The position numbers and the translations under genes were made by a program. From the NCBI GenBank assembly GCA_964016885.1, contig OZ024743.1, positions 152,520,001-152,584,000 of the forward strand: a DNA stretch of 64,000 bases. The letters are read 5' to 3'. Below, piece by piece: positions 1 to 14,435 of this stretch (the first letter of the stretch is position 1; each line of letters begins with the position of its first letter). The stretch comes from Eledone cirrhosa. Lineage: Eukaryota. Below the pieces are notes generated by a model. The model did not search any database. It worked only from the letters and a program-made list of their open reading frames with translations, and was not told the origin of the DNA.

Positions 1-1553
1 GACAGCAACCTCTTAACCCTGATAATGAACTCTCGCTACGTTGATGATATAAACATCGTAGTAAAAACACCCCCACTAAAGAACAGTCAGGAATTAGAGC
101 AAAACATCATGGAAAGCATCCAGCAAATAGCTAACTCCATCCACCAGTGTATTAGAGTTACTATAGACTACCCAAGCAAACACCCCAACCATCGATTACA
201 TGTACTAGACACAGAGCACTGGTTAGAAACCATTAATAACAAAAAACAAATCCTCCATTCCCATTATGCCAAACCCATGACTTCCAAATATCTGATCCCC
301 TGAAACTCAGCTGTTTCGGATCCCACCAAAATCAACATACTGATTGCAGATTTAGTGATGAGAAACGTGTCCTGCATGCGCAACTCCAAAGAACTAGAGA
401 GACACATACAACACTTCATCCACCGTATGCAGTTCTCTGGTTACAATCAGAGAGATAAAATCAGAGTATATAGAGGAGCCAGAACACAAATGGGAAAAAA
501 TGGGAAATAATGATACAAATTGGACCTGCCCCTTGTATAGGAGCAAATTTTGGAATAGAATAGAAAGAACTAGGAATAAGGTTAATAGAATAAACTCATG
601 GTATGATAGCAATAAATACCAGAGTGTAATGTTCATCAATACAACCCCTAGAGGTAAACTAGCTTACAAATTTAGAAGGGCCCTAGATAAACTTAAACTA
701 AATATTAAGATAGTAGAAAGACCAGGTACCTCCATAAAAACACTTATTAGTAATACATACCATTTTCAAAGACCTCCCTGTATAGATAAGAAATGTATAA
801 TCTGTAAACTAAGCCCCCATATTAACTGCAAAACTAGAAACATAGTATATAGCATAAGATGTACTGAAGGACAATGTAAAGATAAGAATATAGTGTACAT
901 AGGTGAGACAGCTCGTAGTATAGGAGAACGATTAAATGAACACTGGCGAGAGCTTCAAGATAGAAAAGAATCATCAGTACTCCACCAACTTGCTAGAATA
1001 GAACATAAGAGCAAATTAGAGAACAGAAATAAAAATAAAATCTAGACACAGAAAAGACGCAATGTTTAGACAAATCACAGAGGCAATAAACATAAATGAA
1101 CTCCAACCAAAATTAAATAGAAAACATGAATGGAATAGCAACATCACAACTTACAATTAAGGACAACATGAAAACACACACACATAGAACAAACAACCAA
1201 CTAGTAACATGTAAATAAACAAATAAATAAACAAATAAAAACACACACAGACGCCCGGATGTAACACATGCGCAAACTAAGCACACAACACACACAAAAA
1301 CAAGATGGCGTAGGACAGAACAAAGGAGAGACACAAAACTAAGAAAAGAATCCCCAGTCGCTGAAGAGGTCACAGAATGTGTGACGAAAGAACTTTGACA
1401 ATATATGAACAACCGTCCGGTTGTGGAACCAGCCAACCAACCGGAAATTTATAAATTTTTTAAAATTTATAATTTAATTTATAATAAATTGGAGTGAAAG
1501 CAACTGGTGCGTGTGTTTCTTATTGGCAACATGACCCTCCCAAAGTATAACAA
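1..1553 (+). mobile_element. Penelope-like retroelement, 3' part (RT C-terminus + GIY-YIG endonuclease + pseudo-LTR), disrupted
   Basis: ORF 25-303 has RT motif RYVDDI. ORF 500-1045 has CxxC and a GIY-YIG signature (NIVYSIRC...VYIGETARSIGERLNEH). There is a stop at 301-303 plus frameshifts. A hammerhead lies downstream and the element ends in (TA)n. Confidence 0.9.
1357..1399 (+). ncRNA. Minimal type I hammerhead ribozyme in Penelope pLTR
   Basis: Stem I GTCG/TGAC, core CTGAAGA (1361-1367) plus one extra G, stem II GTCACA/TGTGAC, GAAA (1386-1389), 2-bp stem III AG/CT, NUH = CUU. Confidence 0.8.
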
Positions 1554-1960
1554 TATATATATATATATAAACCTCTTATTGAAAGCCCTAGATTTCAGAG
1601 AATCAATTCATAAGGATAAGACTTTGATATCAAAATATTTCTGAAAGCTAGGAAGTTCCCATTGTTATATAATACAACTAACACTGGATTTAAAAGAAGA
1701 GACCTGCTGTACAATGGGGCTGAGGTCACTGATTTCAATGGCTTATTTTTCCTCAATGCCCTTAGGAAAAGGGTACACTCATAGCTCAGTCCTGTACAGA
1801 CATAATGGCCTGGCAAACTCAAGCCACATGAATGCCCACACTATGGATATATTAAAAAAATGTCTTTTCATCTGTTCTCCACCAATCTTACCAAAGTTGA
1901 AATTCTGGATATCATTCCTCCAAAGTGGTAAACATTACCCCTATAAGCAGCTTTTGAAGA

Positions 1961-1999
<39 letters not shown>

Positions 2000-2204
2000 G
2001 GAACGGTTCCATTCCTTTTGAGCAAAGTCATTTTGAGTAATGCTAGAACTGAGAAATTCATAGGCTGAGCAAGATACTCTCATGAAATGACCAAATGAGG
2101 TTTATTTTTCAACATAGTTCCTGGAAAGAAATAATGCAGTTATTAATAAGAAGAGTTGAAATTAATGCATGCAACATTTCACATCTCTAGCATCATTATT
2201 TAAT

Positions 2205-2484
2205 TTACGGGGTCGATAAAATAAAGCACCAGTAATGCACTGGATAATTGCTGGCCTTGTGCCTAAAGTAGAAACAATTATTTAATAGGACGGTGGATTG
2301 GCAGTATCGGTAGAGGGTCGGACGCCATGCTTTCCAGCATAGTTACGTCCCTTTACGATCTGAGTTCAAATCCCGCCGAGGTTGACTTTGCCTTTCATCC
2401 TTATGGGGTCGATAAAATAAAGTACCAGTAATGCACTGGGTAATTGCTGGCCTTGTGCCTAAAGTAGAAACAATTATTTAATAG
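2205..2484 (+). mobile_element. tRNA-derived SINE: truncated copy (2205-2280) followed by full copy (2289-2476)
   Basis: A-box-like TGGCAGTATCGG, B-box GAGTTCAAATCC, body CTTTGCCTTTCATCC..GGGGTCGATAAA, tail GGCCTTGTGCCTAAAGTAGAAAC. TSD ATTATTTAATAG at 2277-2288 and 2473-2484. Confidence 0.9.
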
Positions 2485-2591
2485 TCAGACTGTCAGCCGA
2501 CACATGTAACACAGCCTGATATGTATGGAATATTGTTATATATAATGATATTAAACATATATGAACAAAATATCCCATTTCTTTCAATCAA

Positions 2592-2640
2592 TCTATATTA
2601 TAAAAGGGAATTTGTTTCTCCCTCTGTCTGTCCGTCACAA
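2592..2640 (+). mobile_element. Helitron-like 5' end fragment
   Basis: A|TCTATATTATAA...TGTCTGTCC matches the 5' end of the element at 33108. Confidence 0.4.
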
Positions 2641-2689
2641 TATATATGCAGAAGGATGGAAATGGGAGGATTGAAAAGTTGTTGGTGTT

Positions 2690-5105
2690 GTATCATTATC
2701 AGCATCATCACCGTTTTACGTCCGTTCTTCCATGCTAGCATGGGTTTGACGAGTTGTCCTGTTGTGGGCAGTGTCTGGTCAGCTGACCTTGTCTTGCTCA
2801 TACGGGAACTGATTCTGGCTTGATTTCTACAGCTGGATGCCCTTCCTAACACCAACCTCATTTACAGTGAGTGCTGGGTGCTTTTTTTCCGTGGCACCTA
2901 CATATCCACTTTACAGTGTGGGTTGGGTGCTTTTTTGCCATGGCACCTCCACGACCACTTTGCAGAGAGAGGGTGTGGGGGCATATTGTCTATATGCTTC
3001 AGCTTTGGCTTGTAGCCATGGGGGGTCGGGTCTTTTGTATTACTACATGACGCCAGAGGCCACGGTCATGTGTCATCGCCTTTGAGAGGTGTAATTGGGT
3101 AAGGTTGGCTTTTATCACCTCATCCCAGGTCTTCTTGGGTATCCCCACTCCACGGTTTCAATCAACTTCTAGTGCTCTGCACCTTTTTATGCAGCTGTCA
3201 TCCTTCATGTGCATCACATGTCCATACCGCCTCTCCTGCACACAGCATTTGATTCCTCTTATGCTCAGTCTCTCTCAATTCATTTATGCTTTGCCGTTCG
3301 TGTATTATTACACATCCATCGGAGCTTGCAGGCTTCGTTTCTTTCTAATCTACGTAAGTCTTCCACAGACAGCGCCCAGGTCTCACTACCATGTAACATT
3401 GCTTTTCGTATACAAACATCATACAGTTTGCCTTTCATTTTAAGGGAAAAGCCTTTTGCAGCTAGCAGTGGTAGTAGCTCCCTGAACTTCTTCCATCCCG
3501 TTCTTACCCTAGTTATTGTACTTTCCAAACACCCACCTCTGCTGCTAATTCGGTCACCTAAGTAGCAGAAGCTGTCTACTGTTTCTACAGAGCCCTTCCA
3601 GAGTTTTGTGGTACTTGTTTCCTGTGGCTGCTTGCTGCTTGCTGTCCCAGCACAGCTGCTACATGTGAAGCCTACATTCTTAGTTAAGCTTCCTGAGATC
3701 CTGCTACATCTCTTGTGTACCCATTGTTTGCATTTGTGGCAGAGAATGGAGTTCCTATCTACACCTTTCCTACATACTGAGCAAGGCCATTTCCCTGAGG
3801 GGATCTGGGTTCTGTTTTCTCGTCTACTTACAAGGACCTTAGTCTTTGTCAGGTTGACTTTGAGACCCTTTCTTTCTAGTCCCTGCTTCTAAGTTTGGAA
3901 TTTCTTCTCTAGTTCTACCATAGATTCAGCTATAAGTGCGAGGTCATCTGCATACAGGAGTTCCCATGGGCATCCGGTCTTAAACTCCTCCGTTATTGCC
4001 TGCAGGACTATGATGAACAGGAGAGTGCTAAGAACAGAGCCCTGGTGGACACCGACCTGTACGCTAAATTCCTCGCTATACTCATTGCTAATTCTAACTT
4101 TGCTGACTGCTCCACTATACATGGCTTGTACAGCTTTCACAAGCCATTCATCTACTCCTACTTTTCTAAGAGCCCACCAGATTATAGCATGGGGAACTCT
4201 GTCAAAGGCTTTCTCGAGATCGTCGAATGCCAGGTTGAGTGGCTTACTTTTCCTGTAACTGCCTCACAAGTAAGAGGGCATCAGTGGTGCCTCTTCCTGG
4301 CACAAACCCAAATTGCATCTCATCTAGTTTCACCCAGTCCTTAATCAACTATGCTATAACTCTTTCTGTTACTTTAATGACCTGGTCCATCAGCTTTATA
4401 CCTCTATAGTTTCCTCTATCTAGTGCATCACCTTTACCTTTGTAGCAGTTGACAATGATGCTACTGCACCAATCCTTTGGTATGACACCTTCTAATATTA
4501 CCTGGTTAACAATACATGTGGCTATGGTGTGACCTACTGTCCCAGATTCCTTCAGCATCTCGGCAGCTATAGCTGATGGACCAGTTGCCTTCCCCGTCTT
4601 CATAACTTTGATTGCCTTACTTACTACGCTGCTGCTGACATGTACTGCTGGCCCCCCTATAGGGTCTACTTGGGGTAGGGTCTATTCTTCCCATGCATTC
4701 TCCTCATTTAGTAATCTATCATAATGGCTCTTCCACGCATCTTTCTTCTCAGCACTTGTGAGGGCAAGCTCACCTTTATCATTCTGAATACACTTCTCTC
4801 CAATGACATCACAATTCTCTCTGACACACTGCCTTGCAATCTTGAACACCTCCTGTTTCTGGTCCTCGCATTTCAAAACATGCTCGAATTTTCCATCCTC
4901 TGCTTCCCTCCTAGCTAAGTATACTTGTTGCCTAGCTTCCCTCCTGGTCTCTATGTAATGTACCCGGCTTCCCTCGTTCTTCCATTCTTTCCATGCCTGT
5001 CTCTTGGCCTTAACTGCCTCATCTACCTTATTGTTCCACCACCAAGTCCCTCTCCCCCTGCTTGTGGTCTTACTCCAGCCACAGATCTCATCCGTCGCCT
5101 TTAGT
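2690..5105 (-). mobile_element. RTE-clade LINE, 5'-truncated, frameshifted
   Basis: Minus-strand fragments KATGPS, NYRGIKL, DLEKAFD, GVHQGSVLS..LF, ELLYADDLAL, a Cys-rich finger and MLHGSETWAL. The 3' UTR carries GGAAGGGCATCCAGCTGTAGAAA and a (GAT)n-like tail at about 2690. Confidence 0.9.
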
Positions 5106-5234
5106 AAGTTATTTGTGTAAGTTGTATGTGTGTATATATATATATATATAAGCTGACATCGCTTAATAGGCATCGCTCAAAATGACCTTGCACAACTTGA
5201 CCTTGCTCAAATGACTGGACATGCATAGGAACTA

Positions 5235-5620
5235 CACACACTTCCATTATAGTTAGAAATATCATAAACAAGATTAGAGGAAGCACCTCTAGTTTGTCTG
5301 ACAAGCAAATCTTCGACAGGGCTATGCCTCTTTACACTGAGGTAGTAGTGAGAAGCGACTATACAGTAGAAACAGTATATCTGGAGGACACCCCAACCAC
5401 TCTTATGGGTGTAATGATCAATTTGCCTTGATGTGAGGTAACATGTAATGCAATAAGCTGTGATATCCATCAACAAGAAAATTTGTCTGTTGTTGCTGGC
5501 ACCAGGTAAGCATTCTGTCAGCCAACTTCAAAACTTTGGCCCCCTTCGTTTAACACAACTCACCTGTAGTGTGATGCAGACAGCTTGAACCAACAAACAT
5601 ACTCACCAGGAAAATACTAA
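5235..5620 (+). mobile_element. Highly decayed Penelope-like RT thumb fragment
   Basis: About 5237-5365 reads HTSIIVRNIINKIRGSTSSLSDKQIFDRAMPLYTEVVVRSDY, resembling the PLE motif HPPSIIKNI..ISRRLS..SS...F....P.Y..AL..SGY. The 3' boundary is approximate. Confidence 0.55.
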
Positions 5621-8600
5621 TACACATTCAGATTTGGTTTTCCTATCTTGATATTAAACTGCAAAGCATTACAAATTTCATCACACATCTGTGACCTAAT
5701 CACTGACACATTTCACCAAGAATAAATGTATATTTATAAATGGCAAACATGATTCATCAATGATGTAATATTTTCAGTTTCAACAAATGATCTCAGATCA
5801 AGACACTTGTCAATCAAATACAACCCTTATGTGGACACACACAAACACACACACACATATATATATACACACACAATTTTCTCAATATCTGAGCATCTGT
5901 CAAGATATCAATATATTCTACTTGACCTTTAAAACAAACATGATCTGCTGATATGTTCCTCTCATAGTTTTCATAAAGTTTGTTGTAGAACATTTGATAT
6001 TTACTTAATGTCCTGAAATCATAAATAATTCTTATTTTCTAAATAAGTGTAAATTTAAAATACCATATCTTTCAAATTGGAAATATCATTAATGCCATAT
6101 CTAAGAATAAGGTGTTACGATCATTTTCTGAAAGCCAGTACAATTCAAATAAGAAATACATGAGTGAAAACTAGAGTGAAGTAAGAATAACAAAACTACA
6201 AGTTTATACTTTTGCCTTATATTTCGATGTTAGCACCTCTATTTTAAAAACATATTAGGAATTGGAGTGTGATTGTGTTGACAAACAACACTATTGCTTA
6301 GTAAATGAGTTGGAGGAGTGGTGATAATCACAAACTCGAGTAATCACAACAACAACTAGTTAGCTTTATGCAACTCACGCCTACTGATTATGACAAGTCT
6401 CATTGATAGGCAAAATTCCGATGTTTCTGTTGGTGGTCTTTATGCTAACTATGTTATCTAAGGTGTGATATTTCTGTAAGAATCTTTAAGAAAGACATTA
6501 TTGTTCATTTTCAGAGAAATGCATATTGTATAAAAATCCCATAAATAATGTTGATTTATGGACCATTCAATGTGTTGTTTGAAATTATTTTATGGGAACA
6601 AAGTCAATATGTTGGTATTTAACTCCTGGCTAACTCTGATAAAAAAACACCTATGGTGAAAGGTATTCCAACTATACCTATACTCTTTTTTCTCTGACAG
6701 TTTATCTAGTACTACATTATTTAATATCCCCTAATATTTTTAAAGACAGTAAGATGTGATTTGTGAGAGATTTAGTTGCTAGTTTTAGCAGGTTGGTGGC
6801 CAGGAAATGGCTTTTTGTTGACCAGGGGCTCTGATATTCAGTATTGTTGATCAATTGTTTTATATCAAACTTTCTCTCTTCAAATATTTTACTATCTTCA
6901 AATAATTTTATTTTTCAGGGTAGAATTACATTTAAACACATTTATACCTTTTAGTAACAACAGTCAAATGCAATTTGTATTACTTCCTATCATCATAAAA
7001 ATGGAATGGTTGCAGTTGGAATGGCAATGCTTATGATCATAGTTTGCTCGACCAGGTCTGACCTGGGGATAAACAACAGCAATATTGTAATTGTTGAATA
7101 ACAAATGACAGCATGACCAATGCCTGCAATGCTTTTGATCCTACATCTGCTTGATCATGAATGAATTGGAGCTAAACAACAAGTACAATTGAATGGCAAC
7201 AGCTAGAATAACAATCAAACAATTTAAAGCAACAAAGATCAACATATTGGACATTGAATAAGAATAGCATAAGTGGGCTGTTCCATATCATAAAGTTTGC
7301 ATAAATACATATGACTAGGGCTACTTAGCAACAGCATATAGCAGAGAGCATTAACGAATTGGGAAATATGCATATTGTCATATGTTTTAATCTACTAAAA
7401 ATATGTGTTCCTATTTTTATTTTCTGTTTAATCACCGTTTTATAATCATTTTATGAAACCACAATCTATTTTCTATTCCATTCATTTCCATGTTTGTTCT
7501 CGGAAAGAAATAAAAATAAAAAAATGAATAAAAACTTCCAACACATACCACTATTTTTAACAACTGCTTCCTCTTCTATTTTTATAATCAATTTATCTAA
7601 TGTGAATATTTCTATAAATATAATTTTCATAATAATAAAAGTAGCACTATCAATTTGAAAATGCATTTCAGAATATTGATAAACGAACACCATTAGACTC
7701 TTTGGAAGGTTTTTCAGACAAAAATTATTGAATATAGATAAGATACAAGTTTTTTAGATTTAGTTTTTAAAATATTGTTAGCTCATTCCAAATTACTCTC
7801 TTTATTCATTTAATGTCTGCAGATATTTGAATCTTGCTGTCCCAACAATGAAATTAACAATCTTTATTCATATAATTTCATGGTGAAAAAGATTCTTGAA
7901 TATTAAAACAGAAATTTTAGCTGCAAAGAAATTCCATTCATATCATTGAGCCCTGTTGAATGCTTTCTATACTGACATTTTAGCTGTGAGTCAAATGTTA
8001 AAAATATGAAGCCCAAGTTTTTAAAAATTATTTTGCAGTTTGCTCAAAAATATTCTGTCAGAATGATAAACAATGTCAACAGGAGTCGAGCCCAGGAGAT
8101 ATCTGAATCACTTCAATGACATTCTATTAAATTACTAGATCCAATTAGATTATCTTCTTCAGATCAGATTAACCAAACAGTAAATCTGAACTGAATTTAT
8201 CAGATTCACAATCTGAAATAAATGTTGCTATTTTTTCCTCTTGCCTTTGGGTTTGGCATGTCCAAACTGCTAACTAATCTCTTGAAGAAAACATTGAAAA
8301 GCTGAAGTATTTCTTTCTTAACATATATAGGATTTATTTGTTGTATGAAATATATATGAATGAGTAAACAAGGATCTCAGTATTATATAGATGATAGTTG
8401 CAGCTTTCCAAGGTGATTGAGTACCAGTTTGCAGGCTAATGGGTTGATGGTTTAAACCTCTATACCTTTAAACTCCTAAACCACAGGCGTTCATGCCAGA
8501 GAAGGTGTAATAATATGTAGTAATAGGTGTGTTGGGTTGATGATGACATAGATGTAAATTTGATTCCTGGCTGAGCAATGCATTATGTGCTTGAGTAAGA

Positions 8601-10659
8601 TGTTTTATTTAAAGCTGTTCCAGTTCATTCAACTAACAAAAATGAGTTTTAACAACATTGGTACCATGTTTTATTGGCCATTGCTTTTTCCTTAGACAAC
8701 ATCAGTGGCATAGAGAGCAGAGACTGGTATCAACAATTTCTGTTCTAATACAAAATACCTTATCCAGGCTTATACCTTGGAAAGGCATTTTCCAGGTGTA
8801 CGCCCATGGTCAGTCATGACCATCGTGTGCCTTCAAGGTTCATGCTGCCTACCTTGGACTGTGTCCCTTGCAACACACTTAATTCTGAAGATTCAGTTCC
8901 ACCTATTTATATGCAAGTACAGACCACTGCTGAAGACTGTAAGGACTTGCTATAATTAAGAATATTTTGTTAGCTAACAATGTTAAACCTGAATCTTTCC
9001 ATAGGCTGCGCCAAACCAACAAAATCTATTTTATTCTATTTTACTTTGACATTATATGAAAATAAAATGTTTAGTGGTACTTAAGAACCATATTGGTATT
9101 TGAATATTACAAACTGTTTATACATGAGGCAATAAATTTATATTAAGAACAAAATTAATAACGAGTCATCAAAGACAAAAAATCTTGATTACTCTATTGG
9201 TTCAATGATGATAATAGTTGTGTCATTTTGATAACTTAATTAATAATTGAGAAAGATATAATCAATCGAATCTTGGTGGCTCCTTAATGGGGAAATGTTT
9301 TGAGCACTACAGCTTTTGTAAGCAACAAAGTATTTCTTCTGTGTGAAGGATAGACTATATACAGTGGATGTTTTGGTAGTGCAAAAATAGATTGTAGTGT
9401 AGTGACCATTCAATAACTGCATACAATACATACGTGGGAGTTATTCAATGTGCAATATTGACTTAACAAAGAAAATGATTTTTAAGGAAGTCTAACTGAA
9501 ATATAATCAATAATTTTGACAATAGATTTTTAATTCTAAAATTACTTAAAACAAATTTAGTTATAGATTTAGAAAATAATAGGAATGGAAATGCTATATA
9601 TTTAGACTTTTATTTTGAAAAATAGTGATATAAATAAGAAAACCCAACTAATTTCAACTCATTAAGTAACAACTTATGGATTCATTTTTCTAGGAGCGTG
9701 TTTTCATATTGTACTTCTAATTCCAATACTTTACGTTATAGTGTTTTTTTTATCAAACAAACTTTGTATGGAAAAGATATAATTATTTCAATCACTCCGA
9801 TCCCCTCCAAAATTACTGGTACATATTTTACTGATGTTGGAAAAATTGTCCTGGAAGTATCTTAAATGATGTACCAAACACTAAATACACTAAAACCATC
9901 ATAATGAGACATTGTATCCTTTGTACCAACTCACCCTACCATCGATGAATCTAAATAACAATAGGAGAAATAAATTCATAGTCTAATTCGAAGATCGATC
10001 CTATTCTAATCAACTAAACAGTTTTTGAATGGTGAAACACTTACATGAATCAATTATTTGCACTTTAGATTATTGACTACAATGCCTACACCAAACAGTT
10101 CTCTTTAAAGTTGATAGGTTAACCCCTCATTTGAATAAAAATTAGTGTAAGGAAAAGGCAGCTGTGAAAGTAGATGCTTAGAAACCATTGACCCACTTTT
10201 GGCTTTTGACAGTTTGGCTCTGATTCAAAACTGAATACTTATCAATGATGAAACACTTATTTGTTACTATTTCTGTGTTCATAATACTATATATACTTGT
10301 TCATTGTATACTAGTAAAAGTATTTCAACACAGAAGAAACTTGATAGATGTCTGTGTTTTATTGTAATCTCATCTAGCTAAAATCCTGTTACAAAATGTA
10401 AGATAATTTACCTGATTGTTTGAAGATTTAACAACAAAGCAATTTAAATTAAAGCAAGATGGATAATAAAACCTAACCATCTATGTATACAATGAAGCAT
10501 ATGGATATAAATATATATATGTTTTTGTGTGCATGCATTTGTGTGTTTATTAAGAGAATGACAAATACAACTCAGCATGCTCTACATATATATTGAGTAG
10601 TCTTTCTTACAAAAGTATCCATTACTATTGTATCATTATCACAATAATAATAATGATAA

Positions 10660-12746
10660 TAAGGAAAAAAAGGCTAAATGTCATAAAAGAGGAACTAGAG
10701 CAACATGTCATAGCCAAAAGTACAAAAATCAAAAGATATGAGAGTAGAATTAATCAGCATAGACAAAACCTCATATTCAACAACAACCAGATGTTATTTG
10801 AACATCTTGAAGGGAAAGATAGAGGTAACGATGCTATCCCTGAGGCCAACATATTTTCGAGAGAGATATGAGAGCAGAATGTTGACGAGAATACTCAGGC
10901 AGAGTGGATTGAGACTATTAAAAAGGAGGTTAATGAACAAGTGCACCAACAACCTGATTTGAGTATCTCAGTTGAAACTTTTAAAAAGCAAGCCAATAAA
11001 TTAATCAACTTGAAATCACCAGGCCTGGATGGTGTGCAAGAATATTGAATAAAAAATATAACATCCCTCCACCTGAAACTGACAGCCATTTTCAATGACT
11101 GCTTGGTGTCGGGTAAAGTATTGCAGTAGTTGACAAGAGGTACCATGGTTTTAGTAATGAAAGACCAAGCCAAGGCAAATGAAGTTACCAGCTATAAGCC
11201 TATCATATGTCTGTCCTTGATGTGAAAATTGCTAACAAGCATTATGTTTGAGAAAATCTATCACCACCTCTACATAATCAATTTAATGCTGGAGGAACAG
11301 AAAGGATGCTGAAAGAAGTTCCATGGTACAAAAGGCCAATTACTAATTGACAAAATGATAGGGAACTGCAAGATGAGGCTTACTGATCTTATCATGGGAT
11401 TATTACAAGAAGGCATTCAGTATGGTACCTCATTCTTGAATAACCAAGTGTCTGGAAATCTTCAAGTTAGCGAACAATTTAAGACTGCTTTTAAGTAATA
11501 GCATAACACCCTGGGAGACAGAGCTAACATTAGGAGTGAAAATCAAGAGAGGTGTCTTCCAAGGAGATAGTTTGTCTCCTTTAATGTTTGTCCTTACCTT
11601 CATACCATTGTCCCTCATATTGCAAAGAATGAAGGTAGGACACGAACTAGGAAGAGGAGAGCTTACAATCAACCACCTCCTTTTCATGGATGACCTAAAA
11701 CACTTCGGGAAGAGTACAAAGGACTTGGATGTACTTTTTAACACTGTTCATATTTTCAGCAATGATGAATGTATGAAATTTGGTGTTAAGAAATGTGGAG
11801 GCCTAGTGATGAGGAGAGGTAACTTAAATAGAAGCAAAAGAATTGAGGTACTAATGGGTGAGATTTTAAAGGAGATTGGCACCGAAGAACAATATAGGTA
11901 TATGGGTGTTTTAGAGGCAGATAACATCAAGGACAATAAAATGAAAGAGATGATAAGATCTGAATACATAAGGAGAGTAAGATCCACACTAGCTCATCGG
12001 AATAATAGAAATGCCATGAGTACTTTAAATTCCAGAGCAGTGCGGGATTTCTTAAATGGAATGTAAATGAGCTAAAAGAATTGGATAGAAACACAAAGAA
12101 ATTAATGTTTCATGACTAGATGATAGTGTTACTAAGAGATCATGAAAACCGAAAGAAACTCCATTCAGTATTCAAAAAGGCGGGAAAGTACAAAGAACTA
12201 AAAACTGAAGATGTACATCTAAATAATGAAGTTGATCTAATTCCAATTAAGGCAGCAAAATCCAGAGAAACAAGACAAAGTTAAAATGTCTAAAAATATT
12301 TAGAGAAAAATTGCAACAAAAACCTCTGCATGGTCAATTCATACTTCGCATTCAAGATGCTGATGTAAATCAAATCCAAACTGTTCAGTGGCTGTGAGGT
12401 TCGGGATTAAAGGCTGAAACAGTAGGCTATATTTTTGCTACCCAGAACTAGAACCTCTTTACTAGAATTTATCAGGCAAATATTCTCAGAAACGAAATGC
12501 AGGATATGTAATATACGGCTTGAAACTATAGATCCTATAATATCAGGATGCCTCACACCAGGACCAACTGAACATAAGATAAGACATGATAGGGTGCAGC
12601 AATACATACACTAGCTAATATGCAGACAATTTAATGTAGAACATACAGAAAACTGGAATGAACACAAACCACAATCGATAACTGATACCTAAGGAATAAC
12701 AACCCTTCGGGACTTTACCATTCACACAATTAATTAAACCAACCTG

Positions 12747-12787
<41 letters not shown>

Positions 12788-13075
12788 ATATTTTAAAGCA
12801 AGACATGCTCATTCATTGGCATGACTACCATTTAATAGAAATGTGTCAGAAAAAGAGTATGGAAATCATGAAAAAATCTAAGGACCTTGAAATTGAGATT
12901 AACAGAATGTGACACTTTAAAACATAAACTATTCCAGCATTGATAGGAGCTTTAGGTGTCATAAAGAAAGGTGTTCAAAAGTTTCTAGAAAGCATACCTG
13001 GTAAACCTAGCATCTATGAAATCCAAAAGATAGTTCTAACAAGTACCACCCACATACTTCATAAACGTGTGTTTT
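10660..13075 (+). mobile_element. R4/Dong-like RLE non-LTR retrotransposon, decayed with internal deletion
   Basis: KSPGLDG, YKPIICL, EEQKGC, IKRGVFQGDSLSPL, NHLLFMDDLK, KPLHGQF, a CCHC-like region, RHDRV, KPD and IGALG.IKK..IQKIVL, with many stops. It abuts a (TAA)-rich tract at its 5' side. Confidence 0.85.
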
Positions 13076-13264
13076 TGTAGTATATATTAACACACAATCT
13101 TTTCTGTTAAATTTTTATAGTAAATTTAAATGATAATTAACACCATTGAAATATCCTCAATGAGAAATTAATTCTTATGTTTTATACTCTTTTATACTCC
13201 TTTTGATCCCCCTCCTAACATTCTATACTTATTTTCTCAATTTGTTTGTTTTACTTATCAACTT

Positions 13265-13425
13265 TTGTGAAATCCCCAGCTACTGTTGGTACACATTTAC
13301 AGCTGAGTATACTGGAGCAGCATGAAATGAAGTGTTTTGCTCAAAAACACAACCCAGCCCAGCAATCGAACCCACATTATTATGATCGTAAGTCCAACAC
13401 ACTTATCCCATAGGCCACGTGCTTT
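13265..13425 (-). mobile_element. Old tRNA-headed SINE (second family); related copy at about 47170-47295
   Basis: ACTGGAGCA..TGAAAT.AAGTG..TTGCTCAA..ACAAC...AATCGAACCC (reverse-complement B-box) is shared with 47180-47290. Confidence 0.55.
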
Positions 13426-14187
13426 CACAAGCATCTGCTTAGCCTCCTTTATTTTATTTTCATTGACAATTATTATTTCTGTATTATTTCTGCCAAAGAA
13501 ATAGCAGATTTTGAGGGATTCTTCTGTGTTGTGTTGGGAGAGGTCACACACTGCTGTGTTGCTGGTTTGGTATACGTTTTTGACATGTCTGCATTTATTT
13601 TGTTGCTGTTGTTGCTGTTGTTGTTGTTGTTGTTATTCTTACTGTTACTCTTCTGGTTGTTTCTGCTTCTGTCATTGATTTTCATATTCTAATTTGTCTC
13701 AGTGCTCATATATTTTTATTTTATAAGTTTTGTTGTCACTGTTTGTGTTAGCTTTACTGTTATTACTGTTGCTGCTGCTGTTGTTGTAGTTGTTATTGGT
13801 GGTGGTAGTGGTAGTGTCTGTATTGGTGTTGGTGACATTATTTTAGACTTGCATGTGAGTCCCTCTCACGTGACATGTAACTTTGGCTGTTATGGCTGTA
13901 ACTGGGGTGAGGGTATCGCTTCCATTTTTATAAAAACTCTTGTGAGCGTAAAATTTTATAATATTTGCCCCGAAGGTCCATTATCATTTTACATCCGCTT
14001 TTCCTTGCTTGCATATATTATGGAATCTCTCTTCTTGCTGTTAAAGACTAAAATGTCCTATTTCTAACAAAAAATTCTAACAACAAAAACATTTAAATAC
14101 GTTAAAACAATAAACTTTCTCAAGCTCACAATAGCACGTTTTCATGAATCAATCACCAATAATGATAATAATAATAATAACAACAAC

Positions 14188-14219
<32 letters not shown>

Positions 14220-14221
14220 TG

Positions 14222-14428
14222 ATTTCTAGTATTGGCACAAGGCCAGTAACTTGGAGGGAGGAGAAAGTCGATTAAATCGACCCCAGTACATTACTGGTGC
14301 TTTATTTTATCGACCCCGTAAGGATGAAAGGCAAAGTTAACCTCGGTGGGATTTGAACTCAGACCGTAAAGGACCATAACTCTACGCTGCAAAGCATGGT
14401 GTTCGACTCTACTAATACTACCAATCCA
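14222..14428 (-). mobile_element. tRNA-derived SINE, full length, tail in (TAA)n
   Basis: Reverse complement of the 2289 family; adjoins the (AAT)n tract 14158-14220. Confidence 0.9.
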
Positions 14429-14435
14429 ATAATGA

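Noticed and set aside
8039-8119. Possible terminal exon (TTTTGCAG|FAQKYSVRMINNVNRSRAQEISESLQ*)
   Set aside because: It is short, the peptide is unrecognised and the pyrimidine tract is weak; expected by chance.
13473-14067. Poly-Asn and poly-Val ORFs (also 30912-31220)
   Set aside because: They derive from (TTG)n/(CAA)n low-complexity sequence.
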